Assembly: GCA_002299555.1 (NCBI GenBank)
Contig: DBOL01000055.1
Span: 1-58,091, forward strand
Length of the DNA: 58,091 nucleotides
Direction of reading: 5' to 3'
DNA from: Candidatus Aminicenantes bacterium UBA647
Lineage (GTDB): Bacteria > Acidobacteriota > Aminicenantia > UBA2199
Shown: piece after piece, positions 45,579 to 55,176 of the stretch
Numbering within the stretch: position 1 is the stretch's first letter
Layout of the letters: the number at the start of each line of letters is the position of its first letter
Notes under the pieces: model-generated
Databases searched by the model: none
The model's input: the letters and a program-made list of their open reading frames with translations, nothing else
What the model was told of the DNA's origin: nothing
Program-made: the position numbers and the translations under genes

Positions 45579-46706
45579 TTATTTTATGACACTTCCGGAA
45601 ATTTTTTCACTTTTTTTAATTCTATACAAAACAATTTCTGAATTTGATAGAAATCTCATTGGAGGGCCCCATACACCCGTACCGGAGGAAGTATAGATAA
45701 AAGAATTTCCTGATCTGTAAAGTCCGTATGGATATTTGTAAACAAGCTGAACTAAAAGGTCCATTGGGGGAATCTGGCCTGCGTGAGTGTGACCTGCCAT
45801 TTGAAGGTCTATCCCCTTTTCCCCATTTTTTTTTATTCCATAAGGCCTGTGACCGATAAGGATATTAAACTTTAATAAGTTCAAGTCATTTAAAATATCC
45901 GCATTGTAACTCGATCTTTTTGATCCGGAGGAAGTATGATCCTTCATTCCAAAGAGAGAAATATTTTCAGTAATATTCACATGCTCGTCATTAAGTATCT
46001 TTATCCCGGTTTTTAAGGCAAGTTCTTTGAAAACCTCAAGGCCTGAATAGTACTCATGATTACCGGTAATGGCATAAACACCATTCTTTGACTTAAGTTT
46101 TTTTAATATGAGGTTGATAGAACTTTTCTCATTAATTCTGCCATCAATAAGGTCTCCGGTTATGACTATAAGGTCCGGAGATAGTTTATTTATCCTTTCA
46201 ACAATCTGTTTTATTGATTCCGGATCTGTAGATTCATCAATATGAACATCTGACAATTGTAATATTTTGTATTCTCCGGACACACCTAATGATTTTGTTG
46301 TTAATATTTCAATTTCTCTGAGAACCGGATCCTTCATATTGTTTATAAACGAGTAGATTGATATAAGTAATGATATAACAATTGCTGACACAACGATTAT
46401 CTCTGATACGGATGGTATAATCACTTTCAGCAGAGTTGCAACTAAGAATACTGCAAAAGTAATTGAGATTAATCCGAGCCAAACATAGCCGTAATGTTTA
46501 ACAAAATGAACATTAAGCATCCGGCTGAGCATTTGCCCTGCAATGATAGAAAAAGCAGAGAGGATGAATATCCACTTTATCCATTGCAAAATTTTAACGG
46601 TCAGGCTGAGGTTTCTTGATATCGTCTGAAATACAAAATAATGTATTCCGAACATTACTCCGGAAAAAACTATAAAAAATACTATAAATGAAATTAATCT
46701 TCCCAT
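45579..46706 (-). CDS. Membrane-anchored metallophosphoesterase (YkuE-like)
   Basis: SDVH, GDLIDG, GNHEY, GHRP and GHTHAGQ; 4 N-terminal TM helices. Confidence 0.93.
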   Translation of the reverse strand: MGRLISFIVFFIVFSGVMFGIHYFVFQTISRNLSLTVKILQWIKWIFILSAFSIIAGQMLSRMLNVHFVKHYGYVWLGLISITFAVFLVATLLKVIIPSVSEIIVVSAIVISLLISIYSFINNMKDPVLREIEILTTKSLGVSGEYKILQLSDVHIDESTDPESIKQIVERINKLSPDLIVITGDLIDGRINEKSSINLILKKLKSKNGVYAITGNHEYYSGLEVFKELALKTGIKILNDEHVNITENISLFGMKDHTSSGSKRSSYNADILNDLNLLKFNILIGHRPYGIKKNGEKGIDLQMAGHTHAGQIPPMDLLVQLVYKYPYGLYRSGNSFIYTSSGTGVWGPPMRFLSNSEIVLYRIKKSEKISGSVIK

Positions 46707-46816
46707 AATTTGAAGTTCATTATAGCTTATACTGAGGCTTTTGAAAATAATTAAACTTAGAACTTTTCTTTTTCTGAAAAAGATTATATACTTCAAAAAA
46801 AAAACAGGAGACATAA

Positions 46817-47857
46817 ATGACTAAAAAAGCTCTTATAATATTGATAGTAATCCTATTTACACTAAGTTCTTTCAGTGGAATACTTTCTGCTGATGACGTG
46901 AAGATCCCGAAAAAAGCTTTAAAACTTGAAAAAAAAGCTGACAAGGCCACAAAGAAAAAAGAGTACGATAAGGCTATGGAATTGTATAAACAAGCTCTTG
47001 AGCTCCACCAGGATATGGAGACCGTACACTATAAGATCGCTTCGATCCATGCATTCAGAAAGAATTACAAGGGTGCCCTTAAGGAACTTAAGACCACTCT
47101 TAAACTTAATTCTGACAATCAAAATGCGAAAAAAGCTCTTATAGATATAACTTTAAAGTATAGCAGCACACTCATGCGTGAAAGGAAAGTTGCCGATGCT
47201 AACAAATTATTTATAGATCTTTCTTTAGTAGACGGATTAAAAGAGATCGATGCAAAACTTTTAACAGAACTTGATTATCGTATCGGATTTAATTTTTTCC
47301 AGCTCCGTAAAACTGAAAAATCCAATGAGTATCTGCTCAGATTTGTTAATGCTCTGTCATCGCAGGAATTATTCAAACAGTTTTATTCAACTGCTAATTA
47401 CCTGATCGGTCTGAATTATTCACAATTAGAGGATATTGCAAATTCAAACAAATATCTTCTGGCTTTTGCTGATATAACTAAAGATGATCCAGACAACAAA
47501 TATATCGGTTTTGCAAAATATATAGTGGGAATGAACAACTTCAATACTCTTAAAGTTAAGATTGATAAAATTGAAAAAGCAAAGAATAGAAAAAATCTTA
47601 AACAGAGCAACAAAAATGTTATGGAACTTGCAAAAGCTGAGACAGGAGTTGAAGAGAATCTTTTGTTTGCAATTGAGAAAAGTCCAACTCTCGAAAATGC
47701 TTATGTATTACTCGGAAATTTCTATTATTTAAAAAAGGATATAGACAATTCAATAAAATATTATAAGTATCTTATTGAAAAATTCCCGGGTTCAGCAGAT
47801 ATTGAAATTTATGAAGTATTTTTAAAAGATATCGAAAGACAGAAAAAAGGGAAATAG
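46817..47857 (+). CDS. Exported tetratricopeptide repeat protein
   Basis: AGGAG SD, signal peptide and repeated TPR-like helices. Confidence 0.8.
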   Translation: MTKKALIILIVILFTLSSFSGILSADDVKIPKKALKLEKKADKATKKKEYDKAMELYKQALELHQDMETVHYKIASIHAFRKNYKGALKELKTTLKLNSDNQNAKKALIDITLKYSSTLMRERKVADANKLFIDLSLVDGLKEIDAKLLTELDYRIGFNFFQLRKTEKSNEYLLRFVNALSSQELFKQFYSTANYLIGLNYSQLEDIANSNKYLLAFADITKDDPDNKYIGFAKYIVGMNNFNTLKVKIDKIEKAKNRKNLKQSNKNVMELAKAETGVEENLLFAIEKSPTLENAYVLLGNFYYLKKDIDNSIKYYKYLIEKFPGSADIEIYEVFLKDIERQKKGK

Positions 47858-47859
47858 TT

Positions 47860-48486
47860 TTAGAACTTAACTTTGCCTTTACTTAAGTTGATGAGAGTAT
47901 TCCTGACATCTTCATAGTGCTTTACGGGGATACTCAGGTCAACTTCAATTCCGTTGTTATCATAGTTCTTGTCTAGTATTTTTATTGAAAACTTCTTTGT
48001 AACTTTCATCAGGTCACTTATAAAATCGTAGGGAATTATTACTTTTTGAGTTCTCTGAATAATTTCCCTTACAATTGATGCATCCTGGACAGACAATTTT
48101 GCCGAATCCCTGTATGCTCTTGCAAGTCCACCTGTCCCCAATTTTGTACCCCCATAATATCTGATTACGCTGATCAATACATTAAAAAGTTCTTTTCCTT
48201 TTATCTCATTTATTATTGGCAGGCCTGCTGTTCCTGAAGGTTCTCCGTCATCACTATATCTCAATTGCTTTTCTTCACCATCCCCTATTCTGTATCCGAA
48301 GCAAACATGAGTAGAATCATAATATTTTTTTTTAATTTCGGTGATAATACTCTCTGCTGTCGCACCATCTGACACAGGATGAATATAAGAGATAAACCTT
48401 GAACCCTTTTCTTTGATCTCATGTGGTCCTTTTGAAGATCTTATGGTTAGAAAATTTTCCAGACCACTCAAAATTGTTTCCCCCAT
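47860..48486 (-). CDS. yigZ: YigZ/IMPACT family protein
   Basis: KGSRFIS, THVCFGY, SDDGEPSGTAG and RYYGGTKLGTGGLARAY. Confidence 0.93.
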   Translation of the reverse strand: MGETILSGLENFLTIRSSKGPHEIKEKGSRFISYIHPVSDGATAESIITEIKKKYYDSTHVCFGYRIGDGEEKQLRYSDDGEPSGTAGLPIINEIKGKELFNVLISVIRYYGGTKLGTGGLARAYRDSAKLSVQDASIVREIIQRTQKVIIPYDFISDLMKVTKKFSIKILDKNYDNNGIEVDLSIPVKHYEDVRNTLINLSKGKVKF

Positions 48487-49772
48487 TCAGACACAAAATC
48501 ATCATATGAAACGAATAAAACAGATATAAAAGCTTTATTAAGATCCATACCTTCACCAAAATTCTCAAGAAGTTCCATCATAGAATATATTCCGTATTTA
48601 TCGATCATGTAGGAAACCGCAGAATGACTTGTCCTGTAGGCAAGAGATACATAGGCAACATTTCCGGAAGGAAATCTTTTCTCCAGATATTTTAGCGGAA
48701 TCGGCTTTTTAATATTCAAGTTAGTTTCATCTGAGGAGAAATATTCTGCAAGTCCTTCATTTATCCATAGTGGACATTTTTGAGTGATCTCTGAGATAAG
48801 TGCATGAGTGAATTCATGAAATATTACACTTCTTAATATATCGTTTTGTCCTGACAAGCCTCTTATCGGCAACCTGATCTTCCCATCATAAAGACCGCCG
48901 GCCCATCCCGGGGCTCTGGTAACATCAAAAAAATCTCTCTCATTATAAAGTATCACAACAAATTGTTTATTAGGAAAATAGTCAAGCTCCTTCCCTATCT
49001 CCCTATAAGCTTCTTTCAAATAATCAGAAACAATTGTTCTTGTCTCATCATGTTCCTCTCTGCTGAACTGGATCAGAAAATTTTCTGTCCCGAGATCTTT
49101 ATATCTCCTCATTACATTTTCTTCACGTTTTAGTTTTGCAATAAGTCTTTTTAACTCACCATCCTGGCCATATTCTGCAGCATCTTCAGCATATTCCAGA
49201 CTTAAGGCAAGATCATTCAATCTGTAGTATGCAAATGCCAGGAATTTCTTTGTTCTGTAAGGATAATGTTCAAGGTCATCAGCATTCTTTAATGAAATTA
49301 CAGCCTCTTCATTCTTATTTGCCCAGTAATAACACATCCCGATTATAGTCAGAAATCTTTTGTTATATTTCAGAAGAATACTATATTCACCAATAGCTTT
49401 ATCGTATTCCTTTCTTTTTGTATAGAAAAGCGCTCTGTTCTGTATAGACCGCAATTCATCTCTTGATATTTTATCTTCTTCTGAATTACTCTGCTCAAAA
49501 CCTATATCTCCTTCCTGAACTTTTAAAAGTTCATCTTCAGCTTTACTCTGAGTAATATCCTCAACAATTTCACCAATACTATCGTCCTTAACATGTTCTT
49601 CTATTTCAGGTTTTATTGTTGTTAAAGGCTGTTCAACAGGTTCACTCTTTTTTTCAACTTTTTGGTAGTAAATGAAACCGGAAGCAGATAAAAGAATAAC
49701 GACCAGAAACATATATGGCAGTACTGATGGATTTCTTTTTTTGTATATTTTTGTACTATAACCGGGAGACAT
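48468..49772 (-). CDS. TPR-containing peptidase MA family metallohydrolase
   Basis: N-terminal TM, TPRs, WAGGLYDG, HEFTH and WINEGLAEY (gluzincin). Confidence 0.85.
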   Translation of the reverse strand: MSPGYSTKIYKKRNPSVLPYMFLVVILLSASGFIYYQKVEKKSEPVEQPLTTIKPEIEEHVKDDSIGEIVEDITQSKAEDELLKVQEGDIGFEQSNSEEDKISRDELRSIQNRALFYTKRKEYDKAIGEYSILLKYNKRFLTIIGMCYYWANKNEEAVISLKNADDLEHYPYRTKKFLAFAYYRLNDLALSLEYAEDAAEYGQDGELKRLIAKLKREENVMRRYKDLGTENFLIQFSREEHDETRTIVSDYLKEAYREIGKELDYFPNKQFVVILYNERDFFDVTRAPGWAGGLYDGKIRLPIRGLSGQNDILRSVIFHEFTHALISEITQKCPLWINEGLAEYFSSDETNLNIKKPIPLKYLEKRFPSGNVAYVSLAYRTSHSAVSYMIDKYGIYSMMELLENFGEGMDLNKAFISVLFVSYDDFVSEWGKQF

Positions 49773-49799
49773 TTCTCCAATAATAGAATATCCGAATGA

Positions 49800-50270
49800 C
49801 TATTTCAACAATTCAGATATCTTTTCCTTCAGCTTTTCCCCTCTCAGACCTGAAGCTAAGATATCTCCTTTTTTACCTATAACATACATAGTAGGGATAT
49901 ATTTTATCTTATATTCAGTGGCGATCTCTCTCCCTTTGGCTTTATCTATGATGTGAACCCAGTTCATTCCATTCTCAGCAACAAATTTGACAGCGTGCTC
50001 TTTGGGTTTCCTTTCCAGTGCAATACTCACAATCTCAAAATCATCCCCTTTGAATTCCTGATAGATCTTTTTAAGGTTTGGTATCTCTTTGATACAGGGC
50101 GGGCACCATGTTGCCCAGAAATCAAGAATAACTACTTTTCCCTTCAATTTGCTCAACTCTACAATGTTTCCATCGATGTCCTTTGCTGAAAAATCAAGAG
50201 CAGGTCCTGACAATGGGAATATATTTACTGAAATAAAAACTATTATTAATATCAAAATTAATTTTTTCAT
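49800..50270 (-). CDS. TlpA-family thiol:disulfide oxidoreductase
   Basis: Signal peptide and LDFWATWCPPC. Confidence 0.93.
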   Translation of the reverse strand: MKKLILILIIVFISVNIFPLSGPALDFSAKDIDGNIVELSKLKGKVVILDFWATWCPPCIKEIPNLKKIYQEFKGDDFEIVSIALERKPKEHAVKFVAENGMNWVHIIDKAKGREIATEYKIKYIPTMYVIGKKGDILASGLRGEKLKEKISELLK

Positions 50271-50408
50271 TTAACTCTCCTAATAATTTCCGGTTAATTT
50301 GTAGTTATATTTTAACACAAGTTGTATTCCTTTTGAAATTCAGTGTATTTCTCATTTTTTTAAGAGATATTTGTTTATATTGTTCTTCATATTTATTAAA
50401 ATGTATAA

Positions 50409-51200
50409 ATGAAGTTTTTATATTCGATAAGGTCAATATTTTCTAATGTATTTAATTTTTTCTTCAAAAGAAAAATTCGCTCTTTCTTTTTACTCCTGTT
50501 CATGATCGTTGTAATACTGACCCTGAACTTATTTTTATCACTTCCTGATGTGAAGGGACTAATAAACGAAATACCGGTCACAACATCAATGATCGATCAG
50601 CGGATCAGTGAAAATTCAGGAGGAAAAATTAAGTTCAGGATACTGAAAAAATGGTCTCCTTTTGTTCAAATACCCCCTTTTCTGAAAAGAACTGTCATTG
50701 TATCTGAAGATATTGATTTTTATAATCATAAAGGTGTTGATTATTATGAATTAAAGGAATCGATAAAAAGAAATCTTCAAGCCGGCAAAAAAGCAAGAGG
50801 TGGAAGTACAATTACACAACAACTCGCTAAAAATCTTTTTCTTACAACAGAGAAATCCTATTATAGGAAAATAAAAGAATTCTTCATAGCAAAAAGACTC
50901 GAGAAACACTTATCAAAGAATAGAATTCTTGAACTTTATCTGAATGTGATCGAGTTTGGCAGGGGAATTTTCGGTGTTGGTGCCGCATCAGAATTTTTTT
51001 TTGGAAAGAGGGTCGATCAGCTGAGCAAGATAGAAATAATCAGATTAATATCTGTGATACCCAAACCACTTCGAGTTACTCCTCTTTCAGACTCAGAATA
51101 TATAAAATGGAGGGCAAACCTTCTTATAAACAGGCTTTATAGAAGCAGATCTTTAAAAGAAGAAGAGTTTATTTTTCTTAAAGATCAATTCAGGGATTAA
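50409..51200 (+). CDS. mtgA: Monofunctional peptidoglycan transglycosylase
   Basis: SEDIDFYNH.GVD, GGSTITQQLAKNLFL, RKIKE and YLNVIEFG. Confidence 0.92.
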   Translation: MKFLYSIRSIFSNVFNFFFKRKIRSFFLLLFMIVVILTLNLFLSLPDVKGLINEIPVTTSMIDQRISENSGGKIKFRILKKWSPFVQIPPFLKRTVIVSEDIDFYNHKGVDYYELKESIKRNLQAGKKARGGSTITQQLAKNLFLTTEKSYYRKIKEFFIAKRLEKHLSKNRILELYLNVIEFGRGIFGVGAASEFFFGKRVDQLSKIEIIRLISVIPKPLRVTPLSDSEYIKWRANLLINRLYRSRSLKEEEFIFLKDQFRD

Positions 51201-51252
51201 TATGCTTCCCTGAAGAAAGACCCTTCCAATCCAAGTTGTTTTTTAAACAATA

Positions 51253-51747
51253 TTAACAATACAGTGAACTTCCTGCATAAGTTCTCATGGTTACACTTTG
51301 AAGAGATCTGAATGTTGCAATCTTCTCTGATTTGAATTCATTTTTTATTTTGTCAAGTTCTCTTGCATATTCATCTGAAGTAAATACTATTTCATGAAAT
51401 TTTCTTGCTATATCACCTGATTCAATAGCTTTTAATATCCCTACTGCCTGATTTGTTGAAATATTATTATCACTAAGGCTTTTAAATTGCCCAATCAGAT
51501 AATTTATCCCTGTCGTAATGGATTCAATTTTAAATCTCAGCATTTCATATTCATATTCTCCACTTACTATTTTACCGGGAACCGATCTGATCCAGTCTCC
51601 ATATTTTAAATTTTTCATTGCAATATTTAGAAATAAACTCTCACATCGGGGAATCCTTTCACCCAATAAAGTATAAATATCAGCCAGTGTTTCCTGGTAT
51701 TGAGCAAGTATCTCTATTTTCTGTCTCTGCCAATCAGATAAATCCAT
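51253..51747 (-). CDS. Hypothetical helical protein, degenerate ferritin/rubrerythrin-like
   Basis: AAGGAGG SD; the helix pattern resembles ferritin-like proteins, but the ExxH ligands are missing. Confidence 0.55.
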   Translation of the reverse strand: MDLSDWQRQKIEILAQYQETLADIYTLLGERIPRCESLFLNIAMKNLKYGDWIRSVPGKIVSGEYEYEMLRFKIESITTGINYLIGQFKSLSDNNISTNQAVGILKAIESGDIARKFHEIVFTSDEYARELDKIKNEFKSEKIATFRSLQSVTMRTYAGSSLYC

Positions 51748-52008
51748 TTTATCCTCCTTTCAAAAAATTTATACTTTTCGGTCTTTAAATATCAGTTGCA
51801 AATAATTTTCCAATTCTGAGAAAACACAGAAAAGCTACTAATAGAACAACTTTTTGATACTTTCAAATAGTGTACACATGAGACTTTTTCATACAGCATG
51901 CAACTATTGTCTATAATAAATCAGTTATTATTATCTGAATTAGTATTAATAATATTGACATTTTTATTTAAACTATGAATAATGAAAAAAGTTTTAAGGA
52001 GCTTATTA

Positions 52009-52497
52009 ATGAAGAGAATTTTAATTTCAATGATTTTGTCAGCATTAATTCTGATACCTGTATATTCTGCAAAATATGTGGGAGCAAAAAAATGTAAACT
52101 ATGTCACAACTCAACCAGACATGGTAAAGCTTATAAAACTCTCTATCATACGAAACATTCAAAAGCTTTTGAAGGACTTGTTAAAGATGGTAAAGCTGAC
52201 GACCCATATTGTTTAGTTTGCCACACTACAGGATTTAATGAAGGCGGTTATAAAATGGGAGCTCCTGATACATATAATTTAAAATTCGAAGGTGTTCAAT
52301 GTGAAGAATGTCACGGCCCCGGATCAGATTATATGAAAAACAATATAATGAAGGATAGAAAGAAAGCTATTTCGAAAGGGTTGAAGATACCAAATGAAAA
52401 ACAATGTATCAAATGTCATGATAAAAAGAAATATCCCTGGGCAAAAAAGTTTGTTTATAAAGAAAGACTCAAGCAAATTGATCACAGATACAGGTAA
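52009..52497 (+). CDS. Periplasmic tetraheme c-type cytochrome (c554-like)
   Basis: Signal peptide and four CxxCH motifs (CKLCH, CLVCH, CEECH, CIKCH); AAGGAG SD before the ATG at 52009. Confidence 0.92.
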   Translation: MKRILISMILSALILIPVYSAKYVGAKKCKLCHNSTRHGKAYKTLYHTKHSKAFEGLVKDGKADDPYCLVCHTTGFNEGGYKMGAPDTYNLKFEGVQCEECHGPGSDYMKNNIMKDRKKAISKGLKIPNEKQCIKCHDKKKYPWAKKFVYKERLKQIDHRYR

Positions 52498-52562
52498 AAC
52501 ACCTATATCTATATTTTATTGCAACTTTTTTTCATTATTTGCGTAAATTAATATAGGAAATG

Positions 52563-52591
52563 TTGACATCTATTAATAATTTTTATAAAAT
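52563..52591 (+). promoter_or_regulatory. csp promoter TTGACA-17-TAAAAT
   Basis: -35 at 52563-52568, -10 at 52586-52591; gives a leader of about 100 nt, typical of csp genes. Confidence 0.7.
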
Positions 52592-52699
52592 AGTATTTTA
52601 AATGCAGGAAATGGATAGAATCAAAGATAATCAAATGTATTCCAATCATAGACTATTCTCAATTTTAACCTGAACTGCAAATTTTTAAGGAGTTAGATA

Positions 52700-52903
52700 A
52701 TGGCAAAAGGTAAGGTAAAGTGGTTTAACGCTTCTAAAGGTTATGGTTTTATTGAAATGGAGGATGGAAATGATATTTTTGTCCACCACAAGGAAATTCA
52801 GACCGATGGATTCAGGACTCTTGACGAAGGTCAGGAAGTAGATTTCGAGGTTCGCCAGGGTGATAAGGGCGACTATGCTGCAAATGTTGTTAAAAGTAAT
52901 TAG
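52700..52903 (+). CDS. cspA: Cold-shock protein, copy 1
   Basis: GKVKWFN..KGYGFI (RNP1) and DIFVH (RNP2). Confidence 0.97.
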   Translation: MAKGKVKWFNASKGYGFIEMEDGNDIFVHHKEIQTDGFRTLDEGQEVDFEVRQGDKGDYAANVVKSN

Positions 52904-53073
52904 TTTGTTGTTTATTTTTTAATCACATTAATTCATGTTTTCACAAAAATTGGTTTATTAATCAAACATTAAGTAAGTAAAGGTCAGAAATCATTAATTT
53001 CAAAAGATTCCAAAAATTTCTTAGTCATTATATGGTTCTACCTCTATTTGCAAAATTTTACCGGAGGTAAAAA

Positions 53074-53274
53074 ATGGCAAAAGGAAAAGTAAAGTGGTTT
53101 AACGCATCAAAGGGTTATGGTTTTATCGAAATGGAAGATGGTAATGATATTTTTGTTCATTATGCTGAAATTCAGACAGAAGGTTTCAAAACTCTCGATG
53201 AAGGCCAGGAAGTTGAGTTTGAAGTTCGCCAGGGTGACAAAGGCGACTACGCTGCAAACGTAACAAAAGCTTAG
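53074..53274 (+). CDS. cspA: Cold-shock protein, copy 2
   Basis: Same motifs; nearly identical protein to copy 1. Confidence 0.97.
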   Translation: MAKGKVKWFNASKGYGFIEMEDGNDIFVHYAEIQTEGFKTLDEGQEVEFEVRQGDKGDYAANVTKA

Positions 53275-53288
53275 TTATTAAATACATA

Positions 53289-53310
53289 TCCCGGCCTTAA
53301 TCGGCCGGGA
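53289..53310. terminator. GC-rich hairpin between convergent genes (probable terminator)
   Basis: TCCCGGCC-ttaatc-GGCCGGGA, a perfect 8-bp stem; the U-tract is weak. Confidence 0.6.
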
Positions 53311-53316
53311 ATAGTA

Positions 53317-53787
53317 CTAGTCCCATACTTTCTTAGAAAGTACCTTCAATTCCCCTATTTTACACTCGGGGCAATTAATCTTGGTAATACTATCATTGTA
53401 ATGTCTTAGTCTGTTACCACATCTGGTACAATTATTTATTGTTCTGAAAAGTATTTCTTTATCAGTAAAACAAGTATCACTTGCCTTATCAAACATCCAT
53501 TTTTCCGGTACACTGATCCTTATATAAAGTTGGCTTTCAATATTTCCACACTTTCTGCATTTATAGATCCTCTCTTCTGAGAATGGATTATTCTCATATC
53601 TCGGGTTTTTTATCCATTTCTTATTTTTCAGATCATATTTTTTCAGTATCTTCTTTATCTTTTTTTTTTGTTTAACATTGTACTTTTTCAGTATATTTTC
53701 AAAAGGCACAAAATCTGAGTTTGTTCCGGATTTTAAAAAACAATTATAATTGCAGTTGCAGCAACCCACTTCATAATTTATCCCCAT
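53317..53787 (-). CDS. Cys-rich, probable double zinc-ribbon protein
   Basis: CCNCNYNC, CRKCG, CTRCG and CPEC; very basic. Confidence 0.7.
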   Translation of the reverse strand: MGINYEVGCCNCNYNCFLKSGTNSDFVPFENILKKYNVKQKKKIKKILKKYDLKNKKWIKNPRYENNPFSEERIYKCRKCGNIESQLYIRISVPEKWMFDKASDTCFTDKEILFRTINNCTRCGNRLRHYNDSITKINCPECKIGELKVLSKKVWD

Positions 53788-53868
53788 GAATATTTATTTA
53801 GTATAAAATTTGAAATATTTCCACATTTTTTATTTTTAATCCCATAAATAAATCTCTCTGCTAATAAT

Positions 53869-53877
53869 TGTTATAAT
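53869..53877 (+). promoter_or_regulatory. Consensus extended -10 promoter TGtTATAAT with no downstream + strand gene
   Basis: Exact TGnTATAAT match. Confidence 0.55.
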
Positions 53878-53883
53878 GTTGAA

Positions 53884-53983
53884 GAGCCTTTAAGGGCGGT
53901 TAATGCTGTAGGAGATGACAACCGGTGATCCGAATCAAGGCGACACATTCAAATACAGAATACTTATAAAAGCCCTTATCTGA
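53884..53983 (+). ncRNA. Candidate structured non-coding RNA (family unassigned, strand uncertain)
   Basis: GC-richer patch with nested stems TAAGGGC/GCCCTTA, CTGTA/TACAG and TGAT/ATCA, directly after the promoter. Confidence 0.4.
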
Positions 53984-54008
53984 ATTATGATATTTTATTT
54001 CCCGGGCA

Positions 54009-54623
54009 TTATAGAAAGTAATATGCAAAGCCGAAACTCACGTAATTTCGTGATTCTCCATTTAGAGCGATACCGAATTCAGCGAGAAAATCTGTATCTT
54101 TTGTTATTCGATATTCAAAACCGGGTATAAAGTGGATCAGATCTATTTGTTGACCTGTATTCTTTATCGAATCAAAAGAGAGTTTCAGTCCACTATATAG
54201 TTCAAGTTTATTTGAAGGTTTAGTACTAACTATAATTGCAGTATCAATCCCTGAGCTGTCTGCCCCGGTCTTTGATCCGATCATATGCCATCCGACAGCA
54301 GCCGATACATTCACATTTCTTCCTCTGTAGAACCAATATTCAATATCTATTCCCAAATAGTTAAAGTTTTTGAATACTGCTCCCTTCGCTTCAATGTCAA
54401 TACTGCTTGAAAGGCCGAACCCAACTCTTCCTGCAACTCCCCATATGGAATCTCCCCCATTCTCTCCTATAAGCATGGTCGGAAATACCGTTAGTTTAAA
54501 GTTCCCCGGGTTTATCGTCTCAGCAGAATTCATTAATACACCCTGATAAGAAAACATGTTCGGTGAAACAAAAATGAATATAAAAATAAATAGTATCAGA
54601 ACGATTTTTTTTATCATGATCAC
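54009..54623 (-). CDS. Small outer-membrane beta-barrel protein
   Basis: Signal peptide, amphipathic strands and aromatic C-terminal strand YVSFGFAYYFL. Confidence 0.7.
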   Translation of the reverse strand: MIMIKKIVLILFIFIFIFVSPNMFSYQGVLMNSAETINPGNFKLTVFPTMLIGENGGDSIWGVAGRVGFGLSSSIDIEAKGAVFKNFNYLGIDIEYWFYRGRNVNVSAAVGWHMIGSKTGADSSGIDTAIIVSTKPSNKLELYSGLKLSFDSIKNTGQQIDLIHFIPGFEYRITKDTDFLAEFGIALNGESRNYVSFGFAYYFL

Positions 54624-54744
54624 CTTCCCTTTGTAAGTATTATTATAATCATAAAGTTTTAAGAAACAAATGGCGAATTTTCATTTAAGGTTCAGGAATA
54701 AAAATAAATAAAAAAATTTGGAACCTTGTACTATGTTCACACGT

Positions 54745-54765
54745 ATACTCTATATTACAAAGTAT
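54745..54765. promoter_or_regulatory. Imperfect palindrome ATACTCTATATTACAAAGTAT, probable PadR operator
   Basis: ATACT/AGTAT arms immediately upstream of the padR SD. Confidence 0.5.
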
Positions 54766-54777
54766 TAAGAGGTGAAA

Positions 54778-55176
54778 ATGGAAAATAAGATCAAACAATT
54801 GAGGAAAGGGGTTTTCGAACTTGTCATCCTTCAAGTGCTTAAGAAGGACAAGTATTATGGATACTCTCTAATTAAAGCTATTACAGATAATTGTAATTTT
54901 GATATTAATGAGGGTACTATTTATCCTATTCTTTCAAGGCTTGCAAAGGAAGAGTTGATCAGTTCACAATGGGTAGAATCTTCAAAGGGACCACCAAGAA
55001 AGTATTATATGATCACTCACCGTGGAGATGAGATACTTAAGGGGTTGGGAAAGGAATTCAAGGACCTTACAGATCTTGTAACAAAAACAAAAACCATGAA
55101 AAAGAAAGGAGGTAGAAAATCTATCTCCGAAAAAAAGAAAATATATCCAGCCAGGGAGGTAAAAAATGGGAAATAA
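54778..55176 (+). CDS. PadR family transcriptional regulator
   Basis: QLRKG..EL.IL, YGYSL, EGTIYPILSRL and GPPRKYY.IT. Confidence 0.95.
   Translation: MENKIKQLRKGVFELVILQVLKKDKYYGYSLIKAITDNCNFDINEGTIYPILSRLAKEELISSQWVESSKGPPRKYYMITHRGDEILKGLGKEFKDLTDLVTKTKTMKKKGGRKSISEKKKIYPAREVKNGK

Noticed and set aside
53884-53983. Assignment to fluoride or cobalamin riboswitch, pistol or twister ribozyme, SRP RNA or tmRNA
   Set aside because: Only fragments match (GGAGATG, CCGGTG, AGGGC/GCCCT, TAATGC). The required order and conserved cores are absent, so it is left unassigned.
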